Of a DNA stretch of 64,000 nt, positions 7,701 to 16,600 are shown piece after piece (within the stretch, counting starts at the first letter, position 1; every line of letters starts with the position of its first letter). This stretch comes from a virus. Under the pieces are notes generated by a model that made no database searches, was not told the origin of the DNA, and worked only from the letters and a program-made list of their open reading frames with translations. Location: IMG/VR virus record IMGVR_UViG_3300045988_167691; one strand, 5' to 3'. The translations under genes were made by a program, and so were the position numbers.

Positions 7701-9647
7701 ATTTACAGGAATCCAGTTTTGCTTTTCAACAAGATAAGTGTAATCACCTCCCAATATATTCGTGAATGTCACTTTCCCATTCGTGCCCGTTCTTTTGCTT
7801 TCCGAATAAGCGACAGTATCCTCTGTTGCCAGTCTGTCCTTTGCGGTAAGTGTCACATTTGCACCTTCCACTGCGCCAGTAGATGAATTTGTCACCGTAA
7901 ATGTAATCGTATATCTTGGTATCAATATAAGCGTTACAGGTTCGGATTGATCGTCTTGTACATTGATGTTCTTCCTTATGGTATAATAATCCGTCTTGCT
8001 TACAGTATAAGGGTATAAGCCAGGAAAAGCCATAAATATGGCATTACCAGAAGAATCCGTATGTTTAAATTCACCATTAAAAGTAACAAGGGCATTTTGT
8101 ATAGGTCTTTCATTTTCGTCCTTTACAACGAACGTGACTTTTCTTTCATACACATCTCCTTGCATTTGAATATATTCCACCTGCGTTTCTTCATCGTCTT
8201 CCAATACCTGAAACAATCTATCTTCTATATTCATGAACAAAGACTTCTCCACATCAATAGAATAATCACCAGGATAAAGTACAATAGATGCTTCCCCGTT
8301 TCTGTCCGTCACAAGACGTTTGTCTAAAATGGAAATAGAAGCTCCTTCTATGTAAGCTCCCCTATCCGACAATACTTTGAAAATAACATTCTTCTCTTTC
8401 AAAGGCTGAATATCCTCACTACCCATTATGTTTTTGTAGGTAACAAGGTAATCTTCTGTAAATCCTTTTACTCCTTCCTCGCTTGTAAGGGAATTATTAA
8501 GATAATAAGCAGCTATCACATCCTTTTCCCCTAAATTACCTTGATAGAATGGAAGGAAAAGTGGCTTTATCTTTATATCATAAATATACACGGAAGAGGA
8601 AGGATTTGACCTGTCTTGTGTAAGACTTAATGACAAGAATTTCATTCCGTCTTTCATTTGAAGCCCTCTCCCTTTCGGGAAATTAAGCTCTAACTGCTTC
8701 GCGTATGCCCTGTTCTTTCTCGATAGAATTGCCCGGCATTCATAATACACTCCAGCTACAGGAAGTTCCAGGATTCCTTTACTGCCGGAAACAAAATTGT
8801 TGCTCTCTGCACTTCCATAAGATTCCTTGCATATCATAGGTTGAACGGCTTCGTTAAACACTTCCACACCGAATTTCAAATTTTGGTTGCTTGCGGAAGA
8901 TGTTTTAACCTTAAAAGAAATCTGATAAGAAAGATTTTCTGAAATAGGAAGGAGCTTCGTTTTGTCAATTTCAGAAGAAATACCCACCAAAGCATTTCCA
9001 ACGAAAGTCATTGCCTGTATAGGAGTGCCATTGTTGTCTATATCATCCACAATAACAACACCTGTAGGGTTCACAAGTGGATAGGCATTCAAATCTTTTA
9101 CGCTTTCCGTTGTCTCATACCCTTTTGTAACATTCAAAACCGTGTCTGTCCTGTTCCATGTAGGAGAGCTATGTCCCATTGTCCATCCAGTATCACGAGA
9201 CATCAAAAGGGCAAATATAAACTCATCCTCCGTCTTATATCTAATAAGACGGAGAAGCTCCCCAAGTATCGCGCCTTCCTTGTTTACAATATCAAGTGTT
9301 CCTCTTTTTCTATATTCCTTCACATAATTATTGAACAGATATTTCATCTGTTCGAGTGTGTCCACTTCATCTGTCACAAGTCCTCTGTTTTCAACAAAAA
9401 GTTCAAACAGAATCTTGTTCGTATCAATCTCGTTATATTGCTTTGCATACAAGACAACAAGCGCAAAGATATGACAGACTGTTTCCCAATACGCCTTAAA
9501 ATCCTCTCCGTCCTTCTTTATAAAAGTAGGAAGAATGCCGGGAGAAGATACCTTTTCAAGTACATTCTCCGCCCATTCCATTACGGCAGGGTCATTTTCT
9601 TCAAAGAACCGTTTGAACACGGTTTTATTGTAAATTTCCTGCGACAT
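4701..9647 (-). CDS. giant tail fibre/adhesin: N-terminal domain, ~9 carboxypeptidase-regulatory-like beta-sandwich repeats, C-terminal BspA-type leucine-rich repeats
   Basis: 1648 aa. It has a recurring ~85-aa unit (e.g. VTFVVKDENERPIQNALVTFNG...GNA...PG.Y.Y.VSK.DY). The C-terminal third has repeated F..C.SL.SI / F..CT.L units (FRGCTSLSSI, FRDCTSLRSIP, FRSCKSLTS, FAGCTSLTSF, FANCTNLS), typical of BspA-like LRRs. Confidence 0.6.
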   Translation of the reverse strand: MSQEIYNKTVFKRFFEENDPAVMEWAENVLEKVSSPGILPTFIKKDGEDFKAYWETVCHIFALVVLYAKQYNEIDTNKILFELFVENRGLVTDEVDTLEQMKYLFNNYVKEYRKRGTLDIVNKEGAILGELLRLIRYKTEDEFIFALLMSRDTGWTMGHSSPTWNRTDTVLNVTKGYETTESVKDLNAYPLVNPTGVVIVDDIDNNGTPIQAMTFVGNALVGISSEIDKTKLLPISENLSYQISFKVKTSSASNQNLKFGVEVFNEAVQPMICKESYGSAESNNFVSGSKGILELPVAGVYYECRAILSRKNRAYAKQLELNFPKGRGLQMKDGMKFLSLSLTQDRSNPSSSVYIYDIKIKPLFLPFYQGNLGEKDVIAAYYLNNSLTSEEGVKGFTEDYLVTYKNIMGSEDIQPLKEKNVIFKVLSDRGAYIEGASISILDKRLVTDRNGEASIVLYPGDYSIDVEKSLFMNIEDRLFQVLEDDEETQVEYIQMQGDVYERKVTFVVKDENERPIQNALVTFNGEFKHTDSSGNAIFMAFPGLYPYTVSKTDYYTIRKNINVQDDQSEPVTLILIPRYTITFTVTNSSTGAVEGANVTLTAKDRLATEDTVAYSESKRTGTNGKVTFTNILGGDYTYLVEKQNWIPVNGDVVVDSNKDIQVNFNPMPTFGMTFAVNDYNTFTGEKKPLNGATVRFAGLTKQTSDNGQAVFEGVLGGKYSYDVFYDNNHQRVYVENYEFYNNSNLTIDLKQLTYKTTIKVYGAGGTVVEGAKVKVNDKDFVQEDSSGVVLELPNGQYTVIASYEEYEDREQQFTVNGNDQVVSIYMDQTLYDLTFVVTEDNGIISNGTRITLNQGGAGEQTGLTNNGQSKFSVPRMRYDWVASKQYFSNQTGVVQPNDLPKTVNVAMPRKETRVQFYVYNSDTGLPVSGASVKPEGLSTQNTGSDGTTTFMMQMGKTYRYEVSVYDYQPTEGSVTVNQESMPQQRVGVSNKTYSAHITVKSRNGYNINRAYVTYGGKSGYTNSQGQLTLTGIQSGSYNATCTADNYQSQTKNNIAISGADTYIDFTLDYELTTTYIYLRKENVLQPYASVNIRTTAPDGSSYYSGTDQTNGSGRITVSSPSGGYVYASATDSECVGTGDESTNAGGNSIYLYLWKALIVSYSGSPQTPSVSNGVYEIVGREVRVQGGSRNTSNPSTVYANFRNHTRATAIKQWPESFSIQGSSGTYNVDDAGGNHSAFRGCTSLSSIATNTIPSISGGVICWFRDCTSLRSIPSGLFTKMTGNSCAGAFWSSGVTSLPSGQLVPTSCVYHSSLFRSCKSLTSCVGNGTFGRGGGAEDFHAVFLECTALKNTGGQSATSSPFSNSTNAQYMQYTFQGCTAITELPVLWFRYCTNIVSFVGCFVGCTSLVDGWSTAMFSYSSKATNMQSLFENCTYLSIPYGQGLPSSVTNASRMFANCRNLSDISSFNMKNGKLQNAESMFENTGVKQIPAKFFNDLTTLTNLRRCFAGCTSLTSFGRTGNYVGQPGTSARPVNVDIGNQFNDTNFENISGNLNCTEMFANCTNLSLGTEQTYAVSYTSLYDRSSAGVGKVNMDRMFYGCSKLGTVPVIQILSGSSNYVKITESGNNNVTSHSQTFTGTNCEGVPSGWK

Positions 9648-9664
9648 CCTTAACTTATTAATAA

Positions 9665-10321
9665 TTAAACTTTCTCAACATATAATCCAACAAGGGCTGA
9701 TAAATCATGTGTAAGAGGTTGTTCACTATTTCTTGTACATTTATATTTTATACCATTTTGGATATAGTATTTGTCTTTGAATATTTCCATAGGTGGAATG
9801 TAAACAATAGGATCATCGATAGTTCCTTTATGTTCTTCTTCTACTACTTTCCACAAGCTTGCAGTAGCCATAGAAGGTTTCCAGTTTTCCTGTGTTGTGT
9901 GCCCCTGGATACATTCCCAAAGAATATCATCAGATAAATATCTTTCTCCTACTTTAACAGTAATACCAGCAATCCATTCTAGATAACGATCTTTTACCTG
10001 TAAGGCTTCACTTGGAGTTAATTTATATGTATTTATATTCTTAGCTACTTCTTCATCAAGAATGTTTAAAGCCAATATGCGACTAAAATCTCTGTTAATT
10101 ACAGGTTCTTCTCCTTCCGGATAAGTCCATTCGTCGCTTGATAAAAGGTTAATAAATTCCGGATCGCTAAACGAATATCTCGGAAAATCTTCGTCACTAA
10201 ATGGTAATAGCATCTCTTCGTGCAGGATCACTTTGCTTTGATCCACACTTGTTCTCATTTCGGGCAGTATTTCAATACCGTGGGACTTTACCCATAATAA
10301 ATCAACAATTGCGTACACCAT
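9665..10321 (-). CDS. hypothetical fibre-associated protein, possible CBM5/12-like carbohydrate-binding motif
   Basis: 218 aa. The segment VGERYLSDDILWECIQGHTTQENWKPSMATASLWKVV resembles the aromatic W...W pattern of CBM5/12. The match is weak. Confidence 0.3.
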   Translation of the reverse strand: MVYAIVDLLWVKSHGIEILPEMRTSVDQSKVILHEEMLLPFSDEDFPRYSFSDPEFINLLSSDEWTYPEGEEPVINRDFSRILALNILDEEVAKNINTYKLTPSEALQVKDRYLEWIAGITVKVGERYLSDDILWECIQGHTTQENWKPSMATASLWKVVEEEHKGTIDDPIVYIPPMEIFKDKYYIQNGIKYKCTRNSEQPLTHDLSALVGLYVEKV

Positions 10322-10323
10322 AA

Positions 10324-12339
10324 TTATTTTGCTTTTAAAGTTTGTAAATAGTTATATGCTTTGATACAGTCGTCTTTGGAGAGGAGTTGATCGTTGTAGA
10401 TGCCTAAGTTTTTTAGGGCTATTTTGGTAAAATTTGATTCATAAAAACCTAAAAATAAACGTTTTGAAATATCAATATCACTTCCAATAGGATAAACTTT
10501 GTATTTATCCCATTTTTCATCATACACCCATCCATCAGAAGTCAAAGCGTTAATCTTTTTACAAGAAAAAGGATAGCTTCTTAAACCCTGTTTTAAATAA
10601 ATCCTCATTCCTGTTATAGCATTATAGATGTAAATTTGATTTGCTTTCAATAATCCTGCATTATCTTTTCTATCTTCCATAAACTTCCAATCACCAACAA
10701 TGGTAAATTTATCTGCGAATTGAATTGGTTTAGCACTGATTATTCCATCATCCACCCCATCAGTAATGAGGTATCCTTCGTATTCGGGGATTTGCTCAAC
10801 TAAAACATCTACTTCTTGTGAAGAATTATACCATATACCATTTGTCGAAGTTGCAGCATACTGTTTTTGGAAAGTGTATGTACCATCTTCATTAACGCTA
10901 ATATATTCACCGCTTTTGTTTGCATTTCCAATAAAACAACGATCACCTTCTTTCATGCCTGTGATACGTATCTTCCAATCAGCAGAATTAGATGTATTTA
11001 ATAAAACCAAAGCATTACTGTTGTTCCCAGTTCCGATTATTCTAAATGAATCTTTTTTTACATCTGTGGGCTTAACTACATTATCTTTAAGATTAAATGA
11101 GTTGAAGTTATATGCATACAACCCATACCCACTCCCTTCTGCAAACCCAAAATTAGACAGCACAAGATCATTACCATTGCCCGTAATGTTGGCAATAGTA
11201 GCACGATCTTCGTCCTCATTGGTTTTGCCGGTGACAGTCCATGCCTGGTCGGGGAAGAGCCAGGGATAGGTTTTAACGAAGTAGTCTTTGATCTTGGTCA
11301 GCTCTTCTTCAGTGGCATCGTGGTCGAGAAATACAAGTTCCCAAATAGCAGCGTTAATACAAATTCCTACATTTCTTGTAGCTAATTTTCCAACATATAG
11401 CACATCTGTTCCTGTAAAATTACCAGTTATAATCGAAACACCATTATAACTTTTAGATGTCTGATAAGTAAGGATGTGTGGTGAATCCTTTTCACTCCCT
11501 ATTGTTCCAAAAGACATCGGACGATTAAAATAATTGGTATTTACATTACGATATTCTAACAAGAAGGCACCATCATTGAACCAATCCTTTACATTAGATA
11601 CTAATCCTGAGACTATTTCACCCCTTGTAATCCACTGTCTCAACGCCACAACCGTATATCCCTTTTCTTTAGTCAGAATAGGGAAGTTATCACAGGTACC
11701 GTAATCATCTACTCCGTCAAAAACGAGTGCACCGGGGTAGAGAGGTAGTTGTTCGATGGTGATATTGCATGATTCCTGTAATTTTAAGAACCTGAATCCG
11801 TAATAAGCTTTTTTAGCTCCAAAATCAAAACTTGGTAGATGATATATACCATCATTTTCAATTCTCATTATAACAGTTGCTTGTGTCCCATTCGAAACAT
11901 ATTCAATTCCTTGTCCGTCTGTTAAACCAGAAACTTTGATAGTACATGATAAAACCCTAAATCCAGTATCACTTAGTAATGATTGATAAAATAATTGAGC
12001 TAATCCATTATCCTTTATTGATCTTGCATTAAAAGACTTATAAGTCCAAGTGACATCAATTCTTGATTCTACCTTATACCATTTATTACTATTATAGTTC
12101 TCTGTATATCCACCTACCCCACTCATTCCACCCCAAGCAAAATTCTTCATCTGTAAATCATGTCCATTGCCTGTAAGGTCTTTCCATACAGGGTTCTCTG
12201 CCATCTGTTCATTAGTAAGACCTAATGCTGAATACCTTGCAATCATACCAGGTACAGATGGGAAAGGAGTTACTCCACCCCCTCCCCTAAATCTCCTAAA
12301 AGGAATTGCATTAATATTTCCTATTAAATTCATTGTCAA
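10324..12339 (-). CDS. tail fibre / receptor-binding protein with an internally duplicated LamG (concanavalin-like) module
   Basis: 671 aa. It has two copies of LTGNGHDLQMKNFAW.. / ITGNGNDLVLSNFGF.. and of PGALVFDGVDDYG / EGYLITDGVDDG. The DGVDDY motif is typical of Laminin_G_3-type domains. Confidence 0.5.
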   Translation of the reverse strand: MTMNLIGNINAIPFRRFRGGGGVTPFPSVPGMIARYSALGLTNEQMAENPVWKDLTGNGHDLQMKNFAWGGMSGVGGYTENYNSNKWYKVESRIDVTWTYKSFNARSIKDNGLAQLFYQSLLSDTGFRVLSCTIKVSGLTDGQGIEYVSNGTQATVIMRIENDGIYHLPSFDFGAKKAYYGFRFLKLQESCNITIEQLPLYPGALVFDGVDDYGTCDNFPILTKEKGYTVVALRQWITRGEIVSGLVSNVKDWFNDGAFLLEYRNVNTNYFNRPMSFGTIGSEKDSPHILTYQTSKSYNGVSIITGNFTGTDVLYVGKLATRNVGICINAAIWELVFLDHDATEEELTKIKDYFVKTYPWLFPDQAWTVTGKTNEDEDRATIANITGNGNDLVLSNFGFAEGSGYGLYAYNFNSFNLKDNVVKPTDVKKDSFRIIGTGNNSNALVLLNTSNSADWKIRITGMKEGDRCFIGNANKSGEYISVNEDGTYTFQKQYAATSTNGIWYNSSQEVDVLVEQIPEYEGYLITDGVDDGIISAKPIQFADKFTIVGDWKFMEDRKDNAGLLKANQIYIYNAITGMRIYLKQGLRSYPFSCKKINALTSDGWVYDEKWDKYKVYPIGSDIDISKRLFLGFYESNFTKIALKNLGIYNDQLLSKDDCIKAYNYLQTLKAK

Positions 12340-12348
12340 TTCCTTTCC

Positions 12349-12675
12349 TTAAAAACCTATACTAAGATTGGTTGCCGTTGTCCCTTCTTTCAAAATCTTC
12401 TGAACCATGTACATGAGTGGCATTCCTATATTTGCACTCACTTCCGCTTCCGAAATGGTATATTCCATTCCACCTGAAAGGATTACCTTAATTGCCCCTT
12501 CGGAAAGAGGAATAACTACAAACGGAACTTCTTGTCCGTTTTGGTCAATCAGCACAATATCTTCTTCAATTGTGGCAAAATTCCATGCACTGCTGATTAA
12601 AGAAGGTGCTGCTTCACCATTAGTAGTTATCAGCTTATTGGAATTAGCTGTTACTGTTCTTTTAACTATATCCAT
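12349..12675 (-). CDS. hypothetical small protein next to the invertible segment
   Basis: 108-aa ORF. No recombinase-like motif. Confidence 0.4.
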   Translation of the reverse strand: MDIVKRTVTANSNKLITTNGEAAPSLISSAWNFATIEEDIVLIDQNGQEVPFVVIPLSEGAIKVILSGGMEYTISEAEVSANIGMPLMYMVQKILKEGTTATNLSIGF

Positions 12676-12774
12676 GATTATGAAATTTTTAAACGTTTAA
12701 AACAAAGTATATACTTACCCACAAAAATAACCTTTCTTTTTGAGAAAATACAAAACCTACCTTCTTTTCTTTCG

Positions 12775-12841
12775 CCAATCCAATTACCAATTAGATACAT
12801 CATACAAATACGTTTCCCTTTTGATAGTTGGAAGGGGAGGT
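12775..12841. repeat. inverted repeat, left arm (IR-L), 67 bp, perfect
   Basis: The reverse complement of 12775..12841 equals 14394..14460 base for base (checked by hand). In both copies it encodes QSNYQLDTSYKYVSLLIVGRGG in frame. Confidence 0.95.
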
Positions 12842-13558
12842 TACGGTAAAGATACCGACAATGCTCCAAATGCGCCTGAATGGTATGGAGGTTGCATGGG
12901 TGGAGACAGTGCAATTGTTGCTTATCAGAAGAATTTTATAATAAGTCAATCTATAGACGGAATGTGGAGATATGAAACTATAGATTTCAGAAAATCAATA
13001 TCAGGAAACATGGGTCTTTACGTAAAATTTGTGTGTTATGGCTCTACATATGAAGTGTTTTTGGGCGATCAAAAAAATGGACAAGAACATAGAGATACAT
13101 ATTGGTTTTTCAAAGTGAACGGGCAAGGAAATCTTTCGCCGTTCATTTATGGTAGAAACGAAGGAGGTCTCGCAACACCTGAATTGGTTGCAGGAGCAGG
13201 AGGAAGTAGCAGTAGCGGACAGTATAGTACATCTATTTCTGGTATGAAATACGGTGGGGTAGGTGGAGATGGAAGATATGGCAATCAAGGTCCAGAGTAT
13301 AATTCAGGACTAAAAGCTGATTCTACTATCCCTGTTCAATCTATTTTTGGAGGTACAGGGTACGGAGCAGGGAGTTATTTCGCTTCAACCGACAACTGCA
13401 AAGCCGGCGGCGCGGGAGGTTATGGAGATGGAAGTATGAACGGCAGAGCTGGATATGGTGCTGGCGGAACAGCTTTCAAAATATCTTCATCTTCAACTGA
13501 TTTTTATAATGAAGGCAACGGGATTGTCTGCTTGTATTATCATAACAACCCTCTGTAA
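12842..13558 (+). other. silent alternative C-terminal cassette for the 2297-aa baseplate-J/fibre protein (no ATG start of its own)
   Basis: The plus-strand ORF 12740..13558 is open only from a TTG. After the IR it reads YGKDTDN...GGAGGYGDGS...GIVCLYYHNNPL. This is paralogous to the active tail ...GGAGYGDSY...GIFCIYYHNEPI, and both share IPVQSIFGGT. Confidence 0.8.
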
Positions 13559-13567
13559 ACAAAAAGA

Positions 13568-13596
13568 AAAGGGAGAGTGAAAAATATGCTCTCCCT
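13568..13596. terminator. bidirectional hairpin between the two convergent cassette stop codons
   Basis: aagggagag-tgaaaaatatg-ctctccctt, a 9-bp stem in the 55-nt gap between the stops at 13558 (+) and 13614 (-). Confidence 0.55.
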
Positions 13597-13613
13597 TAAT
13601 GATTCTCAACAAG

Positions 13614-16600
13614 TTATATAGGTTCGTTGTGGTAGTATATACAAAATATACCTTCTCCTGGTCTTGTAATATTTCCCGCATCATCATCTGCCGGAGAAGA
13701 TTCTTCTCCAGAACCATACCCAGCAATTCTTGTCTTTCCTCCGTCTGGAGAAGTGAAATAAGAATCACCATAGCCTGCGCCTCCATATGCGGATGCACCA
13801 GTTCTTTGTCCAGATAAAGTGTTCAAATACCCAGCTCCACCTTTACTTGTACCACCAAAAATAGATTGGACAGGAATAACAACTGAGGATTGAATAGGTT
13901 TAGTCACTTTTCCCAAAACAGTATCTTCATAAGAACTTTTAAATCCATATTTACCATCTCCACCTGGTGCACCGTCTGGTTGTATTCTTAGACCTGTAGA
14001 AGGATAAGTTTCTTCTTTTGCGTTTTGGCTTCCCGGACTTCCACTACAATAGAATGTACCTATCATGTGGGCAGCAAAACCACCGGAACTTTTTGCATTA
14101 TATACAGAATAATTGCCCAATCTACTTCCTTGTGGCATGGGGAGATCGGCATCATTTTGAGCATTACCTTTCCCATTATAGGCTCTACATTCATAAGTTG
14201 TTATTCCTAATCTTATGGAATACTCTGTGCCTTCTGTCCAACTGCCTGTATTTGGTATAGAACTAAATGTAATTTTATTTATTTGGCCATTTGAAATATC
14301 CGACATCAATATATTAGGAATATACACAATTTGTCCAGTTGTTCCACCCATCAATACAAATTCATTCCAAGAATCCCAATACTCAAATTTTTCACCTCCC
14401 CTTCCAACTATCAAAAGGGAAACGTATTTGTATGATGTATCTAATTGGTAATTGGATTGGTCACTTGTTATCTGCACCAACTTGTTCGGTTTAGTTAGGG
14501 TGTATTCCAAATTCACACTTGTTTGATAAACCCCACTTATACTTCCTGTCGTTGAAAAATCACTGAAACCAGAAGATGTAATCTTAATCTGATAATTTCC
14601 CGCAGGAATTTTGTCAAACCGTGCCGTGTATGTTGCTGGTCCTGCCGAACCTGTATGCTTCTGCCCTTCTGAATCTGTAAATTCCACATTACCACCAGTA
14701 GGGTTTACTTTTACTTGCACCATATACAGCGGAGTAAGATTTACTTGCACCTGCATTCCTTCACTGTTCACAGTAATGCTTTGGGATGTTTCTTTGGAAA
14801 AATCCCCTTCCGGTACATACAAGATATACTGTCCGTATGCGACATTGGCGAACGTTACGGTAGTGGTTATATTTTTAGTCTGAATCACCTCTAGCCCCGT
14901 ACTGTCCTTTAGTTGGATTTGGCTTGGCATACCTTGCATTTGTCCAACTCTTCTTACCTGAACATTCAGAGCACTGTATATCTTCTTTAAAGAAATATTT
15001 ATCTCTTTAGAAGAAGTTACATAGTCCGAATAGACTGTGTTTTCATAGCCACTCTTTTCTACGGTAAAGATATTTGAGCCACTCTTTACCGTAAGAACAG
15101 CATTCCCTTGCGAATTTGTAACGCCCGTTACTTTTACATTCCCGTTTTCGGCTGTAACCTTTGCGCCTGAAACAGGAGAACCGCTTGATGTATTCTCCCT
15201 TACAGTTACAGTTACACTCACACCCTTTTCCAATGTAACAGAAATACTTTTTATTTCAGAAATAACACCAGTTTCTCCAGTTGCAGTCATATATCCATCG
15301 GCAGCAACTTCATAACTGAATGACTGTCCTAATGGGACATTTATTCTTGCCACGCCATCTTGTCCTGTCGTACCGGAATATATTTTCCCATCAGTTTCCG
15401 ATACAGTAATCCTTGCACCCTCTAAAAAAGTTGTTCCGCTATCGCCACCATACACCAAGAAAAGCAATGTTGTAGTTGAAGAAATAAACACTTCTTGATT
15501 TACAGAGGGCAAATGAACAGACATAAAGCCTTTTTTAGGCTGCAATGGTAAAGGTGGGGTTACCACATAATCATAACTTCCATACAAAACTTTATTTTCT
15601 GGAATATCCGAACTTTTTACCTTCTTTCCGTAGAAAGAGAATGTGATATTCAAATCTTTCAAATCATCTGCGGATAATGTACCTCCGTCAAAAGATTGCA
15701 CATACACTGACCAAATGGTAGGATTACCTATTGTTTTTGTATCCAACAAAAGATCAGAAAGCTGGAATCTTTGAATTACATCATTTTCCATCTCCACCGT
15801 TAAGGGAGCGTTTTGCGAGCCATAAGTTATAACTATCTTCAGATTGGACGGAACACCACTTACCTTAAAACCAAAATCCAAAGCCTTGTGATAATCCACT
15901 GTCTTTTCTGTGCCAATTTGGAAAAGACCATTCGAAAACCCTATAAGTCCGGCATCCACATTAAACAAAACATAAGTCTCTGTAGAAGCTGTCGATGTCT
16001 TAATTACACTCGTTAAAGTAAGGTTCTTTTTCGTTTTATCCCAGCTTCCCTCCCAGCCATCTATTTTATTTGAATTGTAAATTCTGGTAAGACTTTCCGT
16101 AATACCACCATTATCCTTATCCTGAACAATTGTCAATGGAGAAACAATTACACCATTGGGGAAATAGGTTTTTAATTGATCTGTTGTTACACCTTCCGAT
16201 GGAACAAGATATTTTTCATCTTCTTGAAAAACAGGACAACCGGAAAAATCCGCATCGCTGTCTTGTGACCACTCAAACTCTCCACCATCAAACGTCATAA
16301 TAGCAACACCACTGCTGTTTGTAGTTCCTTTATATTTATTGGAAGAGTTATTTCGATCAACCATCGTCACGACAGCGTTTTCTATTGCAGTATTTTCATC
16401 TTCAACCTTGACGGTAAACTGGACATCTGATATTTGCTTCATTTCAAAGCTAATATCAGCCTGTCCATTGCTTACCGTAAACTCGCCACTAAAATCCAAA
16501 TAGCCGTCTTTTGTTGCTGTATAAGTGTAATTCCCGTTTCTGTTCTGGAATGTAGCAACACCACTCGATGCTTTGCCTGAATCAATCACCGTGCCAGGAG

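Noticed and set aside
12349-12675. The 108-aa ORF beside the invertible segment as the missing invertase
   Set aside because: It is too small and has no serine-recombinase (catalytic Ser plus HTH) or tyrosine-recombinase (R..HxxR..Y) motifs. It looks like a beta-rich structural or chaperone protein.
13614-14393. A diversity-generating retroelement as the source of the tip variation
   Set aside because: No reverse transcriptase and no template/variable repeat pair with adenine-specific mismatches is visible. The two cassettes differ throughout, and perfect inverted repeats bound them instead.
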